Shown piece after piece: positions 15,601-31,655 of a stretch of DNA of 64,000 nt; position 1 is the first letter of the stretch, and each line of letters starts with the position of its first letter. Source of the DNA: Eledone cirrhosa (Eukaryota). The notes under the pieces are model-generated. The model was not told where the DNA came from, ran no database searches, and saw only the letters and a program-made list of their open reading frames with translations. The stretch spans positions 201,314,001 through 201,378,000 of the forward strand of contig OZ024742.1 in NCBI GenBank assembly GCA_964016885.1, in the 5' to 3' direction. Position numbers and translations under genes: made by a program.

Positions 15601-16452
15601 GCCCTACCAACACCCGCGTTCCTTTTCCTCTCACCTACCACACCGGCGACATATCCTCCGTTCCTTCCGTTTCATCTCTTCTGACCCCGTCACTTCTCGC
15701 TTTTTTCCAAACCGACCCATTAATGCTTTTAAGCGCGCCCGCAACCTCCGCGACTTCCTGGTTCGAGTTCCTTTTCATCCTCTCCCACGACTCCACCCAG
15801 CTCTCATCCTTGTTCCCGTTCCCGCTGCAACACTTGTCCCTTTATTTCCACCCTCACCACTCTTACAGGCCCTAACGGGTCTTTCCGTATCAGCCATTCC
15901 TTCACCTGCACATCCACCCACGTTGACTATGCCCTCCGGTGTTCCCTTTGCGGGTCTTTATGTATCGGACAAACGGGACGCCGTATGGCGGACAGTTTTG
16001 CCGAACATTTGGGGGACATACGACTCGGTTTAGATACTCCTGTCGCCCGTCATTTCTGTTCTCCTGGTCATTCTTCCCTACATATTTCAGTCCTTTGTGT
16101 CCTTTTACATCATGGATCACAGGCCTCGCGCACCAGGACTGAACAAAGTCTGATTCACCACCTTGGGTCCCATTCCCTCTTGGACTCAACTCACCTCCCC
16201 AATTTCTCTAATACCACGTCCACTATCACACCCATAGATTCCTATCGCTTTCTCTTGATCATTTTCTCTTACAAGTAATAGATGCCGACTATATATGCTC
16301 ACTCCACTTTTCCCTTTACTGCTCTGTATTCATACATACACACTCTTATATTAACATGCTTTTTCTCATAGCTTCGTACTTACTTTCACACACACTCTTT
16401 AACTCACATATACACACATTTCTTCTTAGCGTCGTACGGACGTATAATAATA

Positions 16453-16485
<33 letters not shown>

Positions 16486-16499
16486 ATACACACACACAC

Positions 16500-16530
<31 letters not shown>

Positions 16531-16876
16531 AACATGCTTACGCACGTGCACAAGTATAGCTCTTTTTGCAAAACGGTTTTTTTTCCATTTCAGGTAGACG
16601 CGCTCCATTATCCACTTTTCTAAAAAAATCATACACAAAACGCCAGCACCAACAGTTTTGCAAGAGATGTCAACATTTTTTTATCTAAAGACATTTTTTT
16701 CCAATTCCAACCTGCCCGACCCCTCAATCTATCTTATTTCTCATTCTTTCTCCTGATGAAGGACTAGCGTCCGAAACGTTAAGACCCTCTTCCTGCTATA
16801 TCAAGCGTTAACCTAATATATACCTTCCATATACTGTACCGATTCTGTTGTGATTTCTGTTTACCTTACCTTTTAC
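15600..16876 (+). mobile_element. 5'-truncated Penelope-like element (Neptune-like linker and GIY-YIG remnant plus pLTR)
   Basis: RVPFPLTYH, AFKRARNLRDFLVR, CSLCGSLCIGQTGRR..FAEHL..PVARHF..H across frames; hammerhead at 16749-16784; TA runs at both ends. Confidence 0.88.
16749..16784 (+). ncRNA. Minimal type-I hammerhead ribozyme
   Basis: CTGATGA-A-GGAC tagc GTCC-GAAACGTT-AAGA with palindromic stem III (AACGTT); second copy at 35106-35141. Confidence 0.8.
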
Positions 16877-16909
16877 ATATATATATATATATAGTTTTAA
16901 TATAGATGA

Positions 16910-16958
16910 GATTCTACAGGACTAGAACTGTTTCATTCATTAGAAATCATCAGGAATC
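16910..16958 (-). ncRNA. Type-I hammerhead ribozyme with a 4-bp stem III
   Basis: GATTC-CTGATGA-T-TTC taat GAA-T-GAA-ACAG ttctagtc CTGT-A-GAATC; 5-bp stem I and GUA cleavage triplet. Confidence 0.82.
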
Positions 16959-17474
16959 TGGGTATCAAAAAATAAATATGGTATTTATAGGTCTCTACAA
17001 GTGGTAGGAGAGGGTGGGGAGTGGGATGGGTGCAGGTCATTGGTTGATAGAAAAGGGAATTCATTAAAAGCTAATTCTACAAAGCTATAGTTTGTTTTTA
17101 TTTTTATTTTTATTTATATTTATTTATGTTTTTAGAGTAACAAAGGCAGACAGAATTCTATAAACAGGTTCCGGATGGCATACCATTCCTTGTCAATAAG
17201 TTTCTTTTAAGCTAACAGATGTCTATAAAATCAGTGGGGGGTCAGTCATGGTCGATAGAATTAAAGAAAAGGGAGATTCTTCAAAAGCTAAAGTCATTAA
17301 GGTTCTACTAAGTGACAAAGGTCTAGAGAATTCTGCAGACAGATTCAAAATACTGAGTGCATATCTTACTATTATCTTCGAACTTCTCTTAAGCTAATCA
17401 ACTATATGCCAAAAATCAACAGACACATTCACAAAAAAACAAAAAAACAAAAAAACAAAAAAACACATACTCAC

Positions 17475-19100
<1,626 letters not shown>

Positions 19101-21434
19101 ACTCAATAAATATACGCATATACGCAGGCACATAAAGACACCTCTACAGGCAGAAAATGTAGATACGAAAGAGGTACTCACATAACCATAGTGGCCGTAT
19201 TTCAGGTTGAGTAGGGGTGGGGGTAGGGTGGGGAGGAGGTATAGGGGCCAATAGGGGGAGGTCGTTTTTAGCCATCGGGCTTTAACACTGGCTTAAAGTG
19301 TTTGAATGTTGCAAAGTTCTTGTGCATGCAGTTCGGGCAGTGTTCAGAGAGTTTGTTCAGTAGCGGGCCCTTGGCGAATAAAATTTCGTAGCTCTCTGAA
19401 ATACAAAGGTCGCAGCCCTTGTGTCCTCCGTTGTAAGAGCGCGCTTTCTGGAGTATTTTCCAATTAAGCGTGAAGGGGGTGGAGTTCCTTTTGAGGTCCC
19501 AAACGTAGGAGGCGAGTGTTGTCTGATTTGATTTATCCGGTCTTCTGAAGGAGTGGGTATGGGCATACCAACGGGTCTTAAAGTTGTTGGAGGTCATGCC
19601 GATGTAAGTTTTTTTGCAATCCTCGGTGCCTGAGATGACATCGCATTTGTATACGATGTCATTTGTGAGGCATTTGTTTTCTAGTGGGCATGCTTCCTTA
19701 TTTAGGCAATTACATAGAGCCCCAGTCCGGGGATTGGTTTCGGAGGTGGTTGGCTTATTTAGTTTAGAGTTGTGGTTGGCTATATTCCTAGCTAGGTTAG
19801 GTGTGGTGGAGTAAGACAGTCTTATAGTGTTCTTATTAAAGATGGTGTAGTACCTATGTTGTATGGGGAAGTGTAATTTCAGTAAAGTGAAGAAAATCCT
19901 AGCTATCGGAGTAGATACCTCTCTATTGAAGGGAGGGTTGTACCAGCTAATCTGCCTATGTCTATTCCTCCTCTGCAATTTTGCGGTGGTTTCTAGGTAA
20001 GTTATCTTATCTTTAAATCCGCTACGGGCTAGGGCGTCATTGTAGTAGGAGGCAGATGCATTAAAAATATCTTTGTTGGCGGAGAGGCCAGATATTCTAA
20101 TAGAGACGCTTTTTACTAGGTTATCAGTGATGTTTTGGGGTGGTTTGAATTAACATTAATATATTTAAGGGACTCGTTAGGTTTGTGGTACGGGTAATAG
20201 AGGGAAGTATCTAGGTCGAGAGTGACATCTAAGAAGTTGGCCCTAGTCAAATTAGAATCTATAGTTATACTAAATCCTAGATTAGAGAAGAAAGAGCTTA
20301 AGTTTTTCCGAAACCCATCGGTGGTTCTGGGGCTAACCTTATGCAGGGCGAAGAGGCCGTCGTCTCGGTATAAACCTCCAGTTAGGCCGGTAATGAGGTT
20401 CTTCGGGTTATGTAGGATGTACAGGCCCACAACGTCGCTAATTTCAGCCGAGTCACTCGCCCCCATGCTAACGTCAAATGGGGTCTGAGATTTCTTGTTG
20501 ATCCAGTAAGATCCATCGTGGTATAGAAAGGTCTTACGAGCGTGGAGGATAATAACTTGCTCAGCATCGGTAATGGTGGTAAAATTCCTGGCAAAGTTAA
20601 TTGCGTCCTTCAGGAGGGGCTCCGAGACAGAGGCATAGTAGTTTTCTATGTCGAGTTGCAGGAAGCGAGTGTGGTGTTTATCGGGTAATTCTTGGAACCA
20701 TGATATTGCCTCAGATGTTCTACTCCAGAGTGGAAGTGGTGAGGCTGCCCGCAATGATGGTAGAACTCTATCCAGGATCTTCTTACTGATAGAGCCGATG
20801 TCAGAACGAGTGGGGTTGATAAGTCTGACTGATGGTTTGTTGAGGAAATTTCCCTTATGGTCCTTCAGGGTAAAGTGCGGGGTCTTTACCCTTAAAGGTT
20901 CGGTTCGGTCATGTAATTTAAGGGACTTGGCGATTTCTTTTCCGACCGCGTTTGTCTCAGTCAGCGCCCTCTCTATTACCTTTTTGTAGGTGGTTGTGAT
21001 GGTATTTTTTGCCAGCTTATTGTAGGTCTGTGGGTCTACCTCATAAACGTTTTTGGTTTTATCGGAGGAGACATAAAGATTAGGGGATTTTTTTATATTC
21101 CGTAATTCGGCATTTAAGTAGGCCTGGAATGGTGTGGTGGCTCTACGGAATTTAATATCCTTGATCATCTTGAAGAGGTCTTCTTCAAATGGTTGGAGTA
21201 GGCTGTTGGTGGGTGGTGTCTTATTCGTTTTGAAGCCGAACTTCTCATCATTGGTAGATGTTACATCAGGGTTGTCGAGGAAGATATATTAAATATGGCT
21301 CATTTGAAATAATACAGCCAATTTTCTACACAATACTTTTAGTTAGCACCCCGAACACATAATTGAGAATATAATCACTTATTTCCTAATGTTTGTTGAG
21401 TGAGTTGGAATTTGGCCGGAGTATCGCTAAAAAG

Positions 21435-22051
<617 letters not shown>

Positions 22052-22087
22052 TGGAATGTAGAAAAGTAACACACGAGTTGATACATA

Positions 22088-22447
22088 TATAAAAATAGTA
22101 GAGGGGAAAAAGATTTATTCACTAGAAAATGCTGAACAGATTCTTTCGGTATAATATCTGTGTTAATAACTAACAGAGAGCGAAGGACAAAGACGGACAA
22201 AGATATGAACATTCCTCTCTAAATATGTATGTGGAAACTAATAATTTTCTTTCCCCTTTTTATTATTCGTATAAATATGCAACATAACTTCATTTTGCAT
22301 AACCGCAGTTGAAAAAGCATATAATGCTGAAACCGGTATTATTAAATGCGGAAATATTCACATTATAAATAAATGTCTTGATATATACTGAAAGAATCCT
22401 TCAGCATTTTCTACTGAAAAAATATTTTTCCCCTCTACTATTTGTTT
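22088..22447. repeat. Fold-back element with ~70-bp terminal inverted repeats
   Basis: aaatagtagaggggaaaaa...ttctttcggtata versus tatactgaaagaa...ttttcccctctactattt; decayed hammerhead-like AGCAT ata ATGCT-GAAACCGGTA at ~22316-22338. Confidence 0.65.
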
Positions 22448-22469
22448 ATATATATATATATATATTTAT

Positions 22470-23390
22470 TAAATAACAGATTAAAGTTTAAGCAAAGAAT
22501 CGCTGCTTTCACCCTTAACGGGATCTTCTGAAACTAAAAAAGTCAATCTGTAAACGCAGAAGTGGATATTTCAAAAAACGTTGCAACAGGAGGAAGACAG
22601 AAAGACGATACTTGGGTTCGTGGAAAAGTTCCCTGGCAAAGAACGGGAAAAACGAATATAATACGTCATTAATAGGAGCGGTGAAAAACAATTACGCACA
22701 AAGACAGAACCACGTTTATGGTATAAAAGAGGTCGTAGACTAATATTCTATTAGGTGGTTCATAGAGACGTTCTCTGGCAATGAACGGAAAAAACGAACA
22801 TAATACGTCATATGTGGAACGTGGAGAGCAATTGCACGCAAAGACAAAACCACGTAAATGGTATAGCTGAAGTCGTAGACTAAAATTCTAACTAGGAAAC
22901 CGAATGATTCTCCGCTTCAGAGTTAAGAATAAAGTAAATCGAATACAATACAGAGGTAATTGAAATTATATAAATACATACACGCATACAAATACGTACA
23001 TACTCAAGCATACGCGAAAACTCTCGCCATAGGTATACAAAACCACGCACATATAAATATGTGTGTGTGGGCGTATATACAAATAAATACGTAATTCAAT
23101 ACATTTATATAAATAAATAAATACGTATATAACAAGCGCACACACATACCTACATGTAAATACACAAAAGTTCGGAGACGTACGTCAACGAAAACATGAA
23201 GTACACATATACACACACCCAACATACGTACGAACCCGCATACTCACACAGACGCAAAACTCCCGTATACACATAACCAAAAGCATATGTACCAGAATAT
23301 ATAAAAATATACGCCATAACATATACAATCAAATATACGTACGAGAAAGTATACGTACCTTCACAAAACATACAGGTAATATATATATAT
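22470..23390. mobile_element. Family B repeat, longer copy with internal tandem duplication
   Basis: High similarity to 4380-5540. Confidence 0.7.
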
Positions 23391-23532
23391 ATATAACGAA
23401 GGAGTTGTGGTAAGGAACCAGATGGGCCATAACGCACCAGAGTACTCAATACCTAGGGTAGTAGAGTTGTTATTAGAAGAAAGTATGTCCCCAACGGCAG
23501 AGCTCAAGTTATCGGGGTCATACTTTCTCATA

Positions 23533-23885
23533 TATAACTGAACAAAAAAGAAAAACGAACACAGACATATACATATATGTGTTCAAATCGAAAGGGACCA
23601 GATTCGGTAAGGTTTAAAGAATACTAACTATACACAATGGGTTTGCCAGACTCAATTTAAGAATAAATCAAGAAAAATAAATAGAAACCAGAATTGCGGT
23701 AACTACCAATCACCGGGTAGTTACCGCAATTCTGGTTTGTATTTATTTTTCTTGATTTATTCTTAAATTGAGTCTGGCAAACCCATTGTGTATAGTTAGT
23801 ATTCTTTTCACCTTACCGAATCTGGTCCCTTACGATTTGAACACATATATGTATATGTCTGTGTTCGTTTTTCTTTTTTGTTCAG

Positions 23886-23890
<5 letters not shown>
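23533..23890. repeat. Near-perfect long hairpin (~175-bp arms, ~8-nt spacer)
   Basis: ...gaattgcggtaactacc aatcaccg ggtagttaccgcaattc... with arms extending to the TA flanks. Confidence 0.92.
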
Positions 23891-23919
<29 letters not shown>

Positions 23920-23922
<3 letters not shown>

Positions 23923-24090
23923 GTCTTGGTGCCTATCCCGGTTTCATGAGGTGAAGCGACTGGGAGTTAAACCCACAACTATTGCTGGTACTCATTTTCA
24001 GCTGAGTATAGTGGAGCAACGTGTAACCCAGGAATCGAACCCACGGTATTATGATCGTAAGTCCAACGCCCTTACCACTGGGCCACGTGC
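23920..24090 (-). mobile_element. tRNA(Arg)-like SINE
   Basis: gcacgTGGCCCAGTGGtaagggcg..ttACGat..gGGTTCGATTCC followed by a non-tRNA body (gttgctccac..aaaatgagtaccagc). Confidence 0.8.
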
Positions 24091-24124
24091 CTATACACAC
24101 ACACGTATATATATATATATATAC

Positions 24125-24317
<193 letters not shown>

Positions 24318-24890
24318 CAGTATTTTCCGTTGTGTTGTAATATAATATATATATATACATATATACGTATGCATCATCGAAATAATTAAATTATTGTGGT
24401 TAGCTTTAAGCCATCCACCATAATCTACGATATCCTTATTAATATCATTGTTGTTGTTATTCGTATTCGTATTAGTATTATTATTAGTATCATCATTGTT
24501 ATTATTATTAGTCCTTCCTAGACATTAAGCTATTCGCCTAATTGAGTTTAACAGGCTATAGTCAAATAAACACGGCTGATAAAAATCTTCGTTGTTCTCA
24601 ACGCATAATTAGCTTTTCAATACGCCATTTCTTACAATCATTTGCCCATCCTTATCTACTTTTTCTATTTATCTATCTATCTATCTATGTATCTATCTAT
24701 CTATCATCCGCTGTTATGTTCTCTTCTGTTCGGCAGTTAAATGATCCGGCTTTGAAAGGATCCGTCAAATATTATCTCAGCCAATCTATCTTTTATTTTA
24801 TAAATGACATCACTCTTTTCTATCCTATCGGAGGATTTGTCAACATATATCGAAATCTCCGAAACTGACAAAACGATTTTTGCGATGCAT

Positions 24891-24971
<81 letters not shown>

Positions 24972-25239
24972 TCTTTTATTATCAATGTAAAAATGGGATA
25001 GGGAGATATTTATACTATGTATGTATGTATGTATCTAGGTTGGTAGGTAGGTATGTGCATGTATATATGCATGTATATATGTACGTATATATGAACTATA
25101 TGGACGTATATATGCATGCATTTATGTGCGTGCATATATCTATGAATGTGTGTATGATTATATGTATGCATGGTGTTTGTATGTATATGTATATGTATAC
25201 ATCTGTATGTATGTGTGTATGCTTATGTATATAGAACTA

Positions 25240-25304
<65 letters not shown>

Positions 25305-26065
25305 GAAAATAGAGAAATTAATTGTTTCTACTTTAGGCACAAGGCCAGCAATTACCCAGTGCATTACTGGTACTTTATTTTATCGACCCCGTAAGGATGA
25401 AAGGCAAATGTGAGCAAGAAGCCAACAGTATTTCATAATATATAAGTGACTATTACGTCAAGATGGAAAATATTTAACGTAAGATATGGGAAAATAATTC
25501 AATCTCCATTCAAAAAAAGTCAAGACAGAAATTTTATCCACAGATTTTGTGTAATCCAGGGAAAAACCAATAGAGTCTTGACTCAGAATAAAATTAAGGG
25601 TAAATACTTATCCTTCAATTTGGAAAATCTACAAATGCTCTATATAGTCTTAAAAAGACTATTTCACGAAACTTTTCAGTGGGGTTAGTCACGGTTGGAA
25701 TCGTTCATCAGTAAAGCTCAACACGATAACTAAAACTCACAGCTAAAATATGCCAAAAGGGAATTTAAAAGCAGGCTAGTTACACCTCGTGTGGAATTAT
25801 ATATATATATGTGTGTGTGTGTGTATGTGCAGATGTAATTTACGTGCCTGAGTTATATTGTGATCTGAGACTTTATGATAGGTGTCTATGTGCTTATATT
25901 GACATACACACATACAAACACATAATCAGACAACGCACATACCCAGACACACAGACGCATGCACTCCTATATAAATGTTCATATATACATATATATATGT
26001 ATCTATCTATCTACCTACCTACACACACACACATATATATATATATGTACACACACACACACACA

Positions 26066-26139
<74 letters not shown>

Positions 26140-26141
26140 AT

Positions 26142-26205
<64 letters not shown>

Positions 26206-26658
26206 GCGTGTCTGTGTCTGTGTCTGACTATGTGTTTGTCTCTGAGTGTGTTTGTATATGCGTGTGTGTCTATATATGTCTGTGTGTATGACTATGCGTG
26301 TGTGTCTGTGCTTGTGTGTGTTCAGCATTGTTGTATCTGCCTTTACAGCCACCAATATATCAGTCTGTTAATTACTCCAGTGCTGGCCGTTCTGACTATT
26401 TCTTACATGATACAAACAGCTATCTATATATCCTAATAAATATCTTTATGTATTTCCTATGTTAACAGGATCATGTTAGTTTAGACTGATATTTATCTTC
26501 AGCTCTTATCTCCTATATATCCAAACGAACACAGCGGAACAAATACACACGAATCACACAAACACGCAAAGATGCATGAATACAAGCAAAAACCTTCACG
26601 CATAAATGCATGTATGTTTGTATATATTTATTATTATTACTATATATATATATATATA

Positions 26659-26772
26659 TAAGGAAGGAAATGTGGTAAGGAACCAGATGGACCATAACGC
26701 ACCAAAGTACTCAATACTTAGGGTAGTAGAGTGGGTAATAGGAACGAGTAGGACCCCGGGGTCCTACTCGTC
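26659..26772. mobile_element. Family C repeat with collapsed palindrome
   Basis: gaaggaaatgtggtaaggaaccagatggacc...cgagtaggacccc|ggggtcctactcg. Confidence 0.7.
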
Positions 26773-26799
26773 CCTAAATATATATATATATATGAATAT

Positions 26800-27052
26800 G
26801 ATGGCGTAGGACAGAACGAAGGAGAGGCACAAAAACAAAGAAAAGAATCCCCAGTCACTGAAGAGGAAACAGAATGTGTGACGAAAGAACTTCGACAATA
26901 TATGAACAACCGTTCGGTTATGGAACCAACCAACCAACCAACCGGAAATTTATAAATTCTTAAATTTATAAATTTAATTTATAACAAATTGGAGTGAAAG
27001 CAACTGGTGCGTGTGTTTCTTATTGGCAACATGACCCTCCCAAAACATAACA
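26800..27052 (+). mobile_element. Family A hammerhead element
   Basis: GTC-A-CTGAAGA...GAAAG aa CTTC-GAC at 26854-26896. Confidence 0.7.
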
Positions 27053-27065
27053 ATATATATATATA

Positions 27066-27541
27066 TACATGATGGCTGCCCCTTCGTTATCGAGTATGGC
27101 CATTGCACGATATACCCTTATTAATAATTATTAACGTGCAATGTCTGTGCGTGCAGATATTTTTTAAAGTGAGGAAAGACTGTGCACTGAGCCAATCCCA
27201 CTCTCTAAGCGACAGTAGCTGCAATCCAAAAAGAAGAAAAGATCAACATCATCAGTAACTACTGAGCCGCAGGTTTTATATTGGAGTTATCCCAGTTTCC
27301 TGAGTTGCTTTCTCCTAGAAGAATGCCCTGACAAAGGCTAGGCGTCTTCACTCCCAGTGGTTTAACCGGGCGGTACATGTCTATATACATATTTACACAA
27401 TTTCGGATGGTCGTTGACTCCTATGAGTCCTTCTGCCCTTTGTCAGGTTTTGTTTTTTGTCCTGCAGGGTGTCCAAAATGACCCTCCTCACCAAGTAAAC
27501 TTGGTGGGGTTGCCGGTTTAGTCGCTGACGACCCGACCATG
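27066..27541 (-). mobile_element. Bipartite non-autonomous RTE-derived element
   Basis: Homologous to 42205-42793; RTE 5'-UTR-like motif ttctaggagaaagcaactc; 3' end gataacgaaggggcagccatcatgta shared with 40470-40495. Confidence 0.7.
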
Positions 27542-27574
27542 CGATATATATACATACATATTTATATATATACA

Positions 27575-27674
<100 letters not shown>

Positions 27675-27734
27675 TATATGTGTGTGGGTGTGTGAGAGTG
27701 TGTGCGCGTGAGTTTGTGCGTGGTTGAGCATTTC

Positions 27735-27997
27735 ACAAAATGTATATGGAAGACACTCCGTCGGTTACGACGATGCGTGTTCCAGTTGACCCAATCAAGA
27801 GACAGCGTGCTGGTGAAATTAAAGTGAAAGTGACTGGGTATTCCACAAACACGCGTACTATTATCGTAGTTCTCAGGGGGATTCGGTGTGACAAGGCAGG
27901 CGCTTCGAATTACAGGTGAGTTAACAGGAGCAACGTGAATAAAGATTCTTGCTCAAGAACACAACGCACCCTGGAAATCGAAATCACGACCTTACGA
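27735..27997 (-). mobile_element. Diverged tRNA-derived SINE (second family)
   Basis: B-box-like tttcgatttcc, then tgtgttcttgagcaag...cacgttgctcc. Confidence 0.6.
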
Positions 27998-28781
27998 TGT
28001 ATATGACATAACCTTATTAAAGGGCGTTACATAGTTAGTACTTACGTACTTTGTATCTTCAAGGGAAGTTTGCGTCATCGTGCCACTGTATGGGGTGACG
28101 TATATGTAAGGTTAGTTACATTGATTACTGTGATAAGGGTAATGTGTTACGTGGGAGGGTTCGCAGGAGAGATTCGTTCAGACATCAATTAGTGGTGACG
28201 TTGTTTTTTATATTGTCCTGTCTGTCTGTCTATCTGTTTACCTGTCTGCCTCTCTCTGTCACTCTCTTCTTTGTTCCCTTTCTCTCTCTCTCTCTCTCCC
28301 CTCTCTCTCTCACGCTCTATCACTCTCTCTCTCTCTCTCCCCCTCTCTCTCTCTCTCTCTCTCACGCTCTGTCACTCTCTTACTCTTCGTATATATATAT
28401 ATAATCTACGAGCTCACGTCTGATACAGGTGGATGATATCGACATGAAAGAGGAATTGATCGGATTCGTATACATACATACATACAAACATACACACATA
28501 TACACATACACCCACACATATACACTCACACATATACAATCATGTATATATATGTATGAATATATATATAATAAATGTAATCTGAGTTTTTCGAATATTA
28601 ATAATAACATTCGATTCGTTTGCAATTATGCAAACAAGCCTTAATTTTATAGCCATGTCAGTAGAATGAACCCTTCATTCTTGCTCTTGTGTTGATGTCA
28701 ACAATAAACTATTTATTGTATTCAGCCATGTAGAGCGAACATTTTCTTTTTTATATAGATAGATAGATAGATAGATAGATA

Positions 28782-30294
28782 TTTTTCTTTATTTGCCACA
28801 GGGGCGTACACAAATGGGACATTACATGACGTGACGGCAGGGGGTTTTACTTAAAAATAACTTTAACATTAATAAATAACAATAAACTATATATAGTAAA
28901 ATAACAATTGAAATCACCAATAGGGGGGAACGTTACTGCAGGGTTGTTTTACACTCCGTAGATAGAACAACCCTTTACACCAGGAACACCTTTTGTAGGT
29001 GTTCCTGCCTTCCCTCTGTTTATCTTCCTCAACCTACAGGTTTATATACAGAGAAGCCCCATTCACTCGGGTCATTTTCGCCACATTCACCCACCTTTCA
29101 GAGAATTTACTGGGGTGTAGCACCTCCCTCTCCACTCTCACCTTCCTTCTGAAGTGATACTTAAAGAAGGGGATAAATTGTTATCCGGAGAGAAAGGTGT
29201 TTGCCCTCAGTCCTTTTATCCTCGTCCACCATATTACCTCTTTTGCCATAGCCACCAGACAGAGGAAAACCGCCTCTCCTTCGTTCTTAAATGAAGGCGG
29301 TGGGGTGATCCTCACGATAGTTATATATATATATTGATAGATAGATATGTTTCTTTATTAGCCATAGGGGCACAAAAGAAGGGGACAAATACAAAGGGGG
29401 AAGTTTACATACAATAAAAACGTGTAAAATATTATCACAAATGCAATTTAAAAATTAGTCGATTTTCCCCAATAGGGGGAGACAGTTCATATGGGTAACA
29501 GATACCCCCCAAAAAATGTGCAACCCTCATCTCCAGGAGTACGAAGAGTTTGTACTCCTTTCCTATCCTCCTCCTTTTCCTCAACCTACAGGCTGATATT
29601 GAGAGAAGGCCTGTTCACTCGGGTCATTCTCGTCACTTTCACCCACCTTTCATAAAACTTGCTGGGGTACAGCACCTCTCTCTCTCCATCCCGATTCTTC
29701 TTCCAAAGTGTTATTTGAAAAAAAAAGAATCAGTTGTTGACCGGAGAGAAAGGTGTCTGACCTTTAGATAGATAGATTTCTTTATTAGCCACAAGGGCGC
29801 AACAAGAAAGGGGACACTACAAAGACATGCCGGGGATTTTACATACAGTCGTGTAAAAAATATAAAAACAAACAATTTCAACAATCGAAATCCCCAATAG
29901 AGGGGAGGCGCCACAAATGGGTTGTTTAATACCCCGTCGATAGAACAACCCTCAACTCAAGGAGCGTGTTGTGCAAGTGCTCCTTTCTTCCTTTTGCTCT
30001 CTTCCTCAACCTACAGGCTTATAAACAGAGAAGGCCCAATCACTCGGGCCATTTTCGCTTCATTCACCCACCTTTCAGTAAATTTACTGGGGTGCAGTGC
30101 CTCTCTCTCCACCCTGATTCTCCTTCTAAAGTGATACTTAAAGAATGGAATCAATTGTTGTCCGGAGAGAAAGGCATCTGTCCTCAGTCCTCTCAACCTC
30201 GTCCACCATATAACTTCTTTCACCATAGCCACCGTACAGAGGAAAACCGCCTCTCTTTCGTTTTTGAAAGAGTCTGGCGGTTTGATCCTTACTT

Positions 30295-30295
<1 letters not shown>
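28782..30295 (-). mobile_element. Three tandem 5'-truncated L1/Tx1-like LINE 3' ends (28782-29322, 29350-29765, 29777-30295)
   Basis: MAMVKEVIWWTR..FFKYHFRRRIRVERE..FTERW resembles the Tx1 ORF2 C-terminus; each copy ends in AATAA(A)gaaa and abuts GATA repeats. Confidence 0.75.
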
Positions 30296-30337
<42 letters not shown>

Positions 30338-31039
30338 TTAGAATACGTTAAATAGAAAGGACTATAAATTCCATAAATGAGAAGGAAATAATGGAACGAA
30401 TGTGGATTATTAGGCAACGAAAGAAAGAAAAGTCGAAGCGGAGAGGGTGAAAACCTCTACACCTATGCCAGAGCTTTATTTTGACTTTGTCTCGCGAACA
30501 AAATGGCAAAGGCATTTCTGTGGACAATGGCCAGTGACACGCGCTGCAACAACCAGCCCCATCTCGCGGTGCTCCTTTCTCAGATGGACTGCCGTCATTC
30601 AGATTTTACGTATGAGGTCAGCTGTAGTAGGTCCGATTACACCTGAGGTCACGATGGTGTCTCCTGTAATATACATCAAATTTATTTTATTTTTATCAAG
30701 GTTAATTGTATGAGGTTACAGGGGTGTAGAAGTTGCTTAACTCGACGTTAAGATAGATTCATAAAATGACGAAAACGACGAAATAACTGAGGACAAGTGA
30801 ACACGGAAGGGCCTCAAGAAGTGTATTCTTCCATGGCTGACCTTGACTGAAGGGAAGTATGTGAATGGGCATAGATAATGTCCAAGACAAGGGAAAGAAT
30901 CAGTAAGATATATTATTTATGCCAATAACCTCGTTTTACTTAAATATCAATATATCCACAATATTTATATATAGTAAACATGTAGCTGCTTAACACATAT
31001 ATGTAATGTAGTTAATATGCTCGCTACACTTATATAATA

Positions 31040-31655
31040 CTAGCCGAATTACCCGTGCCTTGCTGCGTTTCACACATTTTTTTTTGTACGAAAATGATGA
31101 TTGATTTTAAATCAGTGATATAATTTATGGAGAAAAGGTCTGTATTTCAGTATTACTCAATGTAAAATGTAATGCATGAAAAATTGGAAAACGCTAACTA
31201 TTTTTTGTAATATATCAAATCAAAATTACATTATAAATCTTATTCTTATTTTGTTTCTTGTAAATAATTTTTGTCAAAATATCAATTCAAAACTTGATCA
31301 TTTAATTTTTGTGTAAAGCATCATTTTATATGGGCTTCCAAATGTTCACTATAGGGGGTTTAACCCCCATTAGGGTATCTTATTATTATTGAAATTTGCT
31401 GGGTTTTTTAAAAAAGGCATCATATCTTGTCATTTCCCTATGGTTTATTTCATATAAATCGAAGGGAAAAAACTTTCAGAGAGGGCCTCGGGGAACCCTT
31501 TGATTAAAATGAAATATACTTATCCAAGTACCCTGGGCAATGTAGTTTCAGATTATATATGGTTATGGGGGTCTATCTCCAAAACCATAGGAGGAGTTCG
31601 TGAACAAACAAACAAACAAACAAACAGACAGGAACTACAACTTTATATATATAGA
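31040..31655 (-). mobile_element. Complete non-autonomous Helitron
   Basis: 5' A|TCTATATATATAAAG, (GTTT)n near the 5' end, 3' gcagcaaggcacgggtaattcggCTAG|T; second copy at 55660-56091. Confidence 0.85.

Noticed and set aside
23990-24090. Functional tRNA-Arg gene
   Set aside because: The acceptor stem is not closed and the sequence continues into a SINE body
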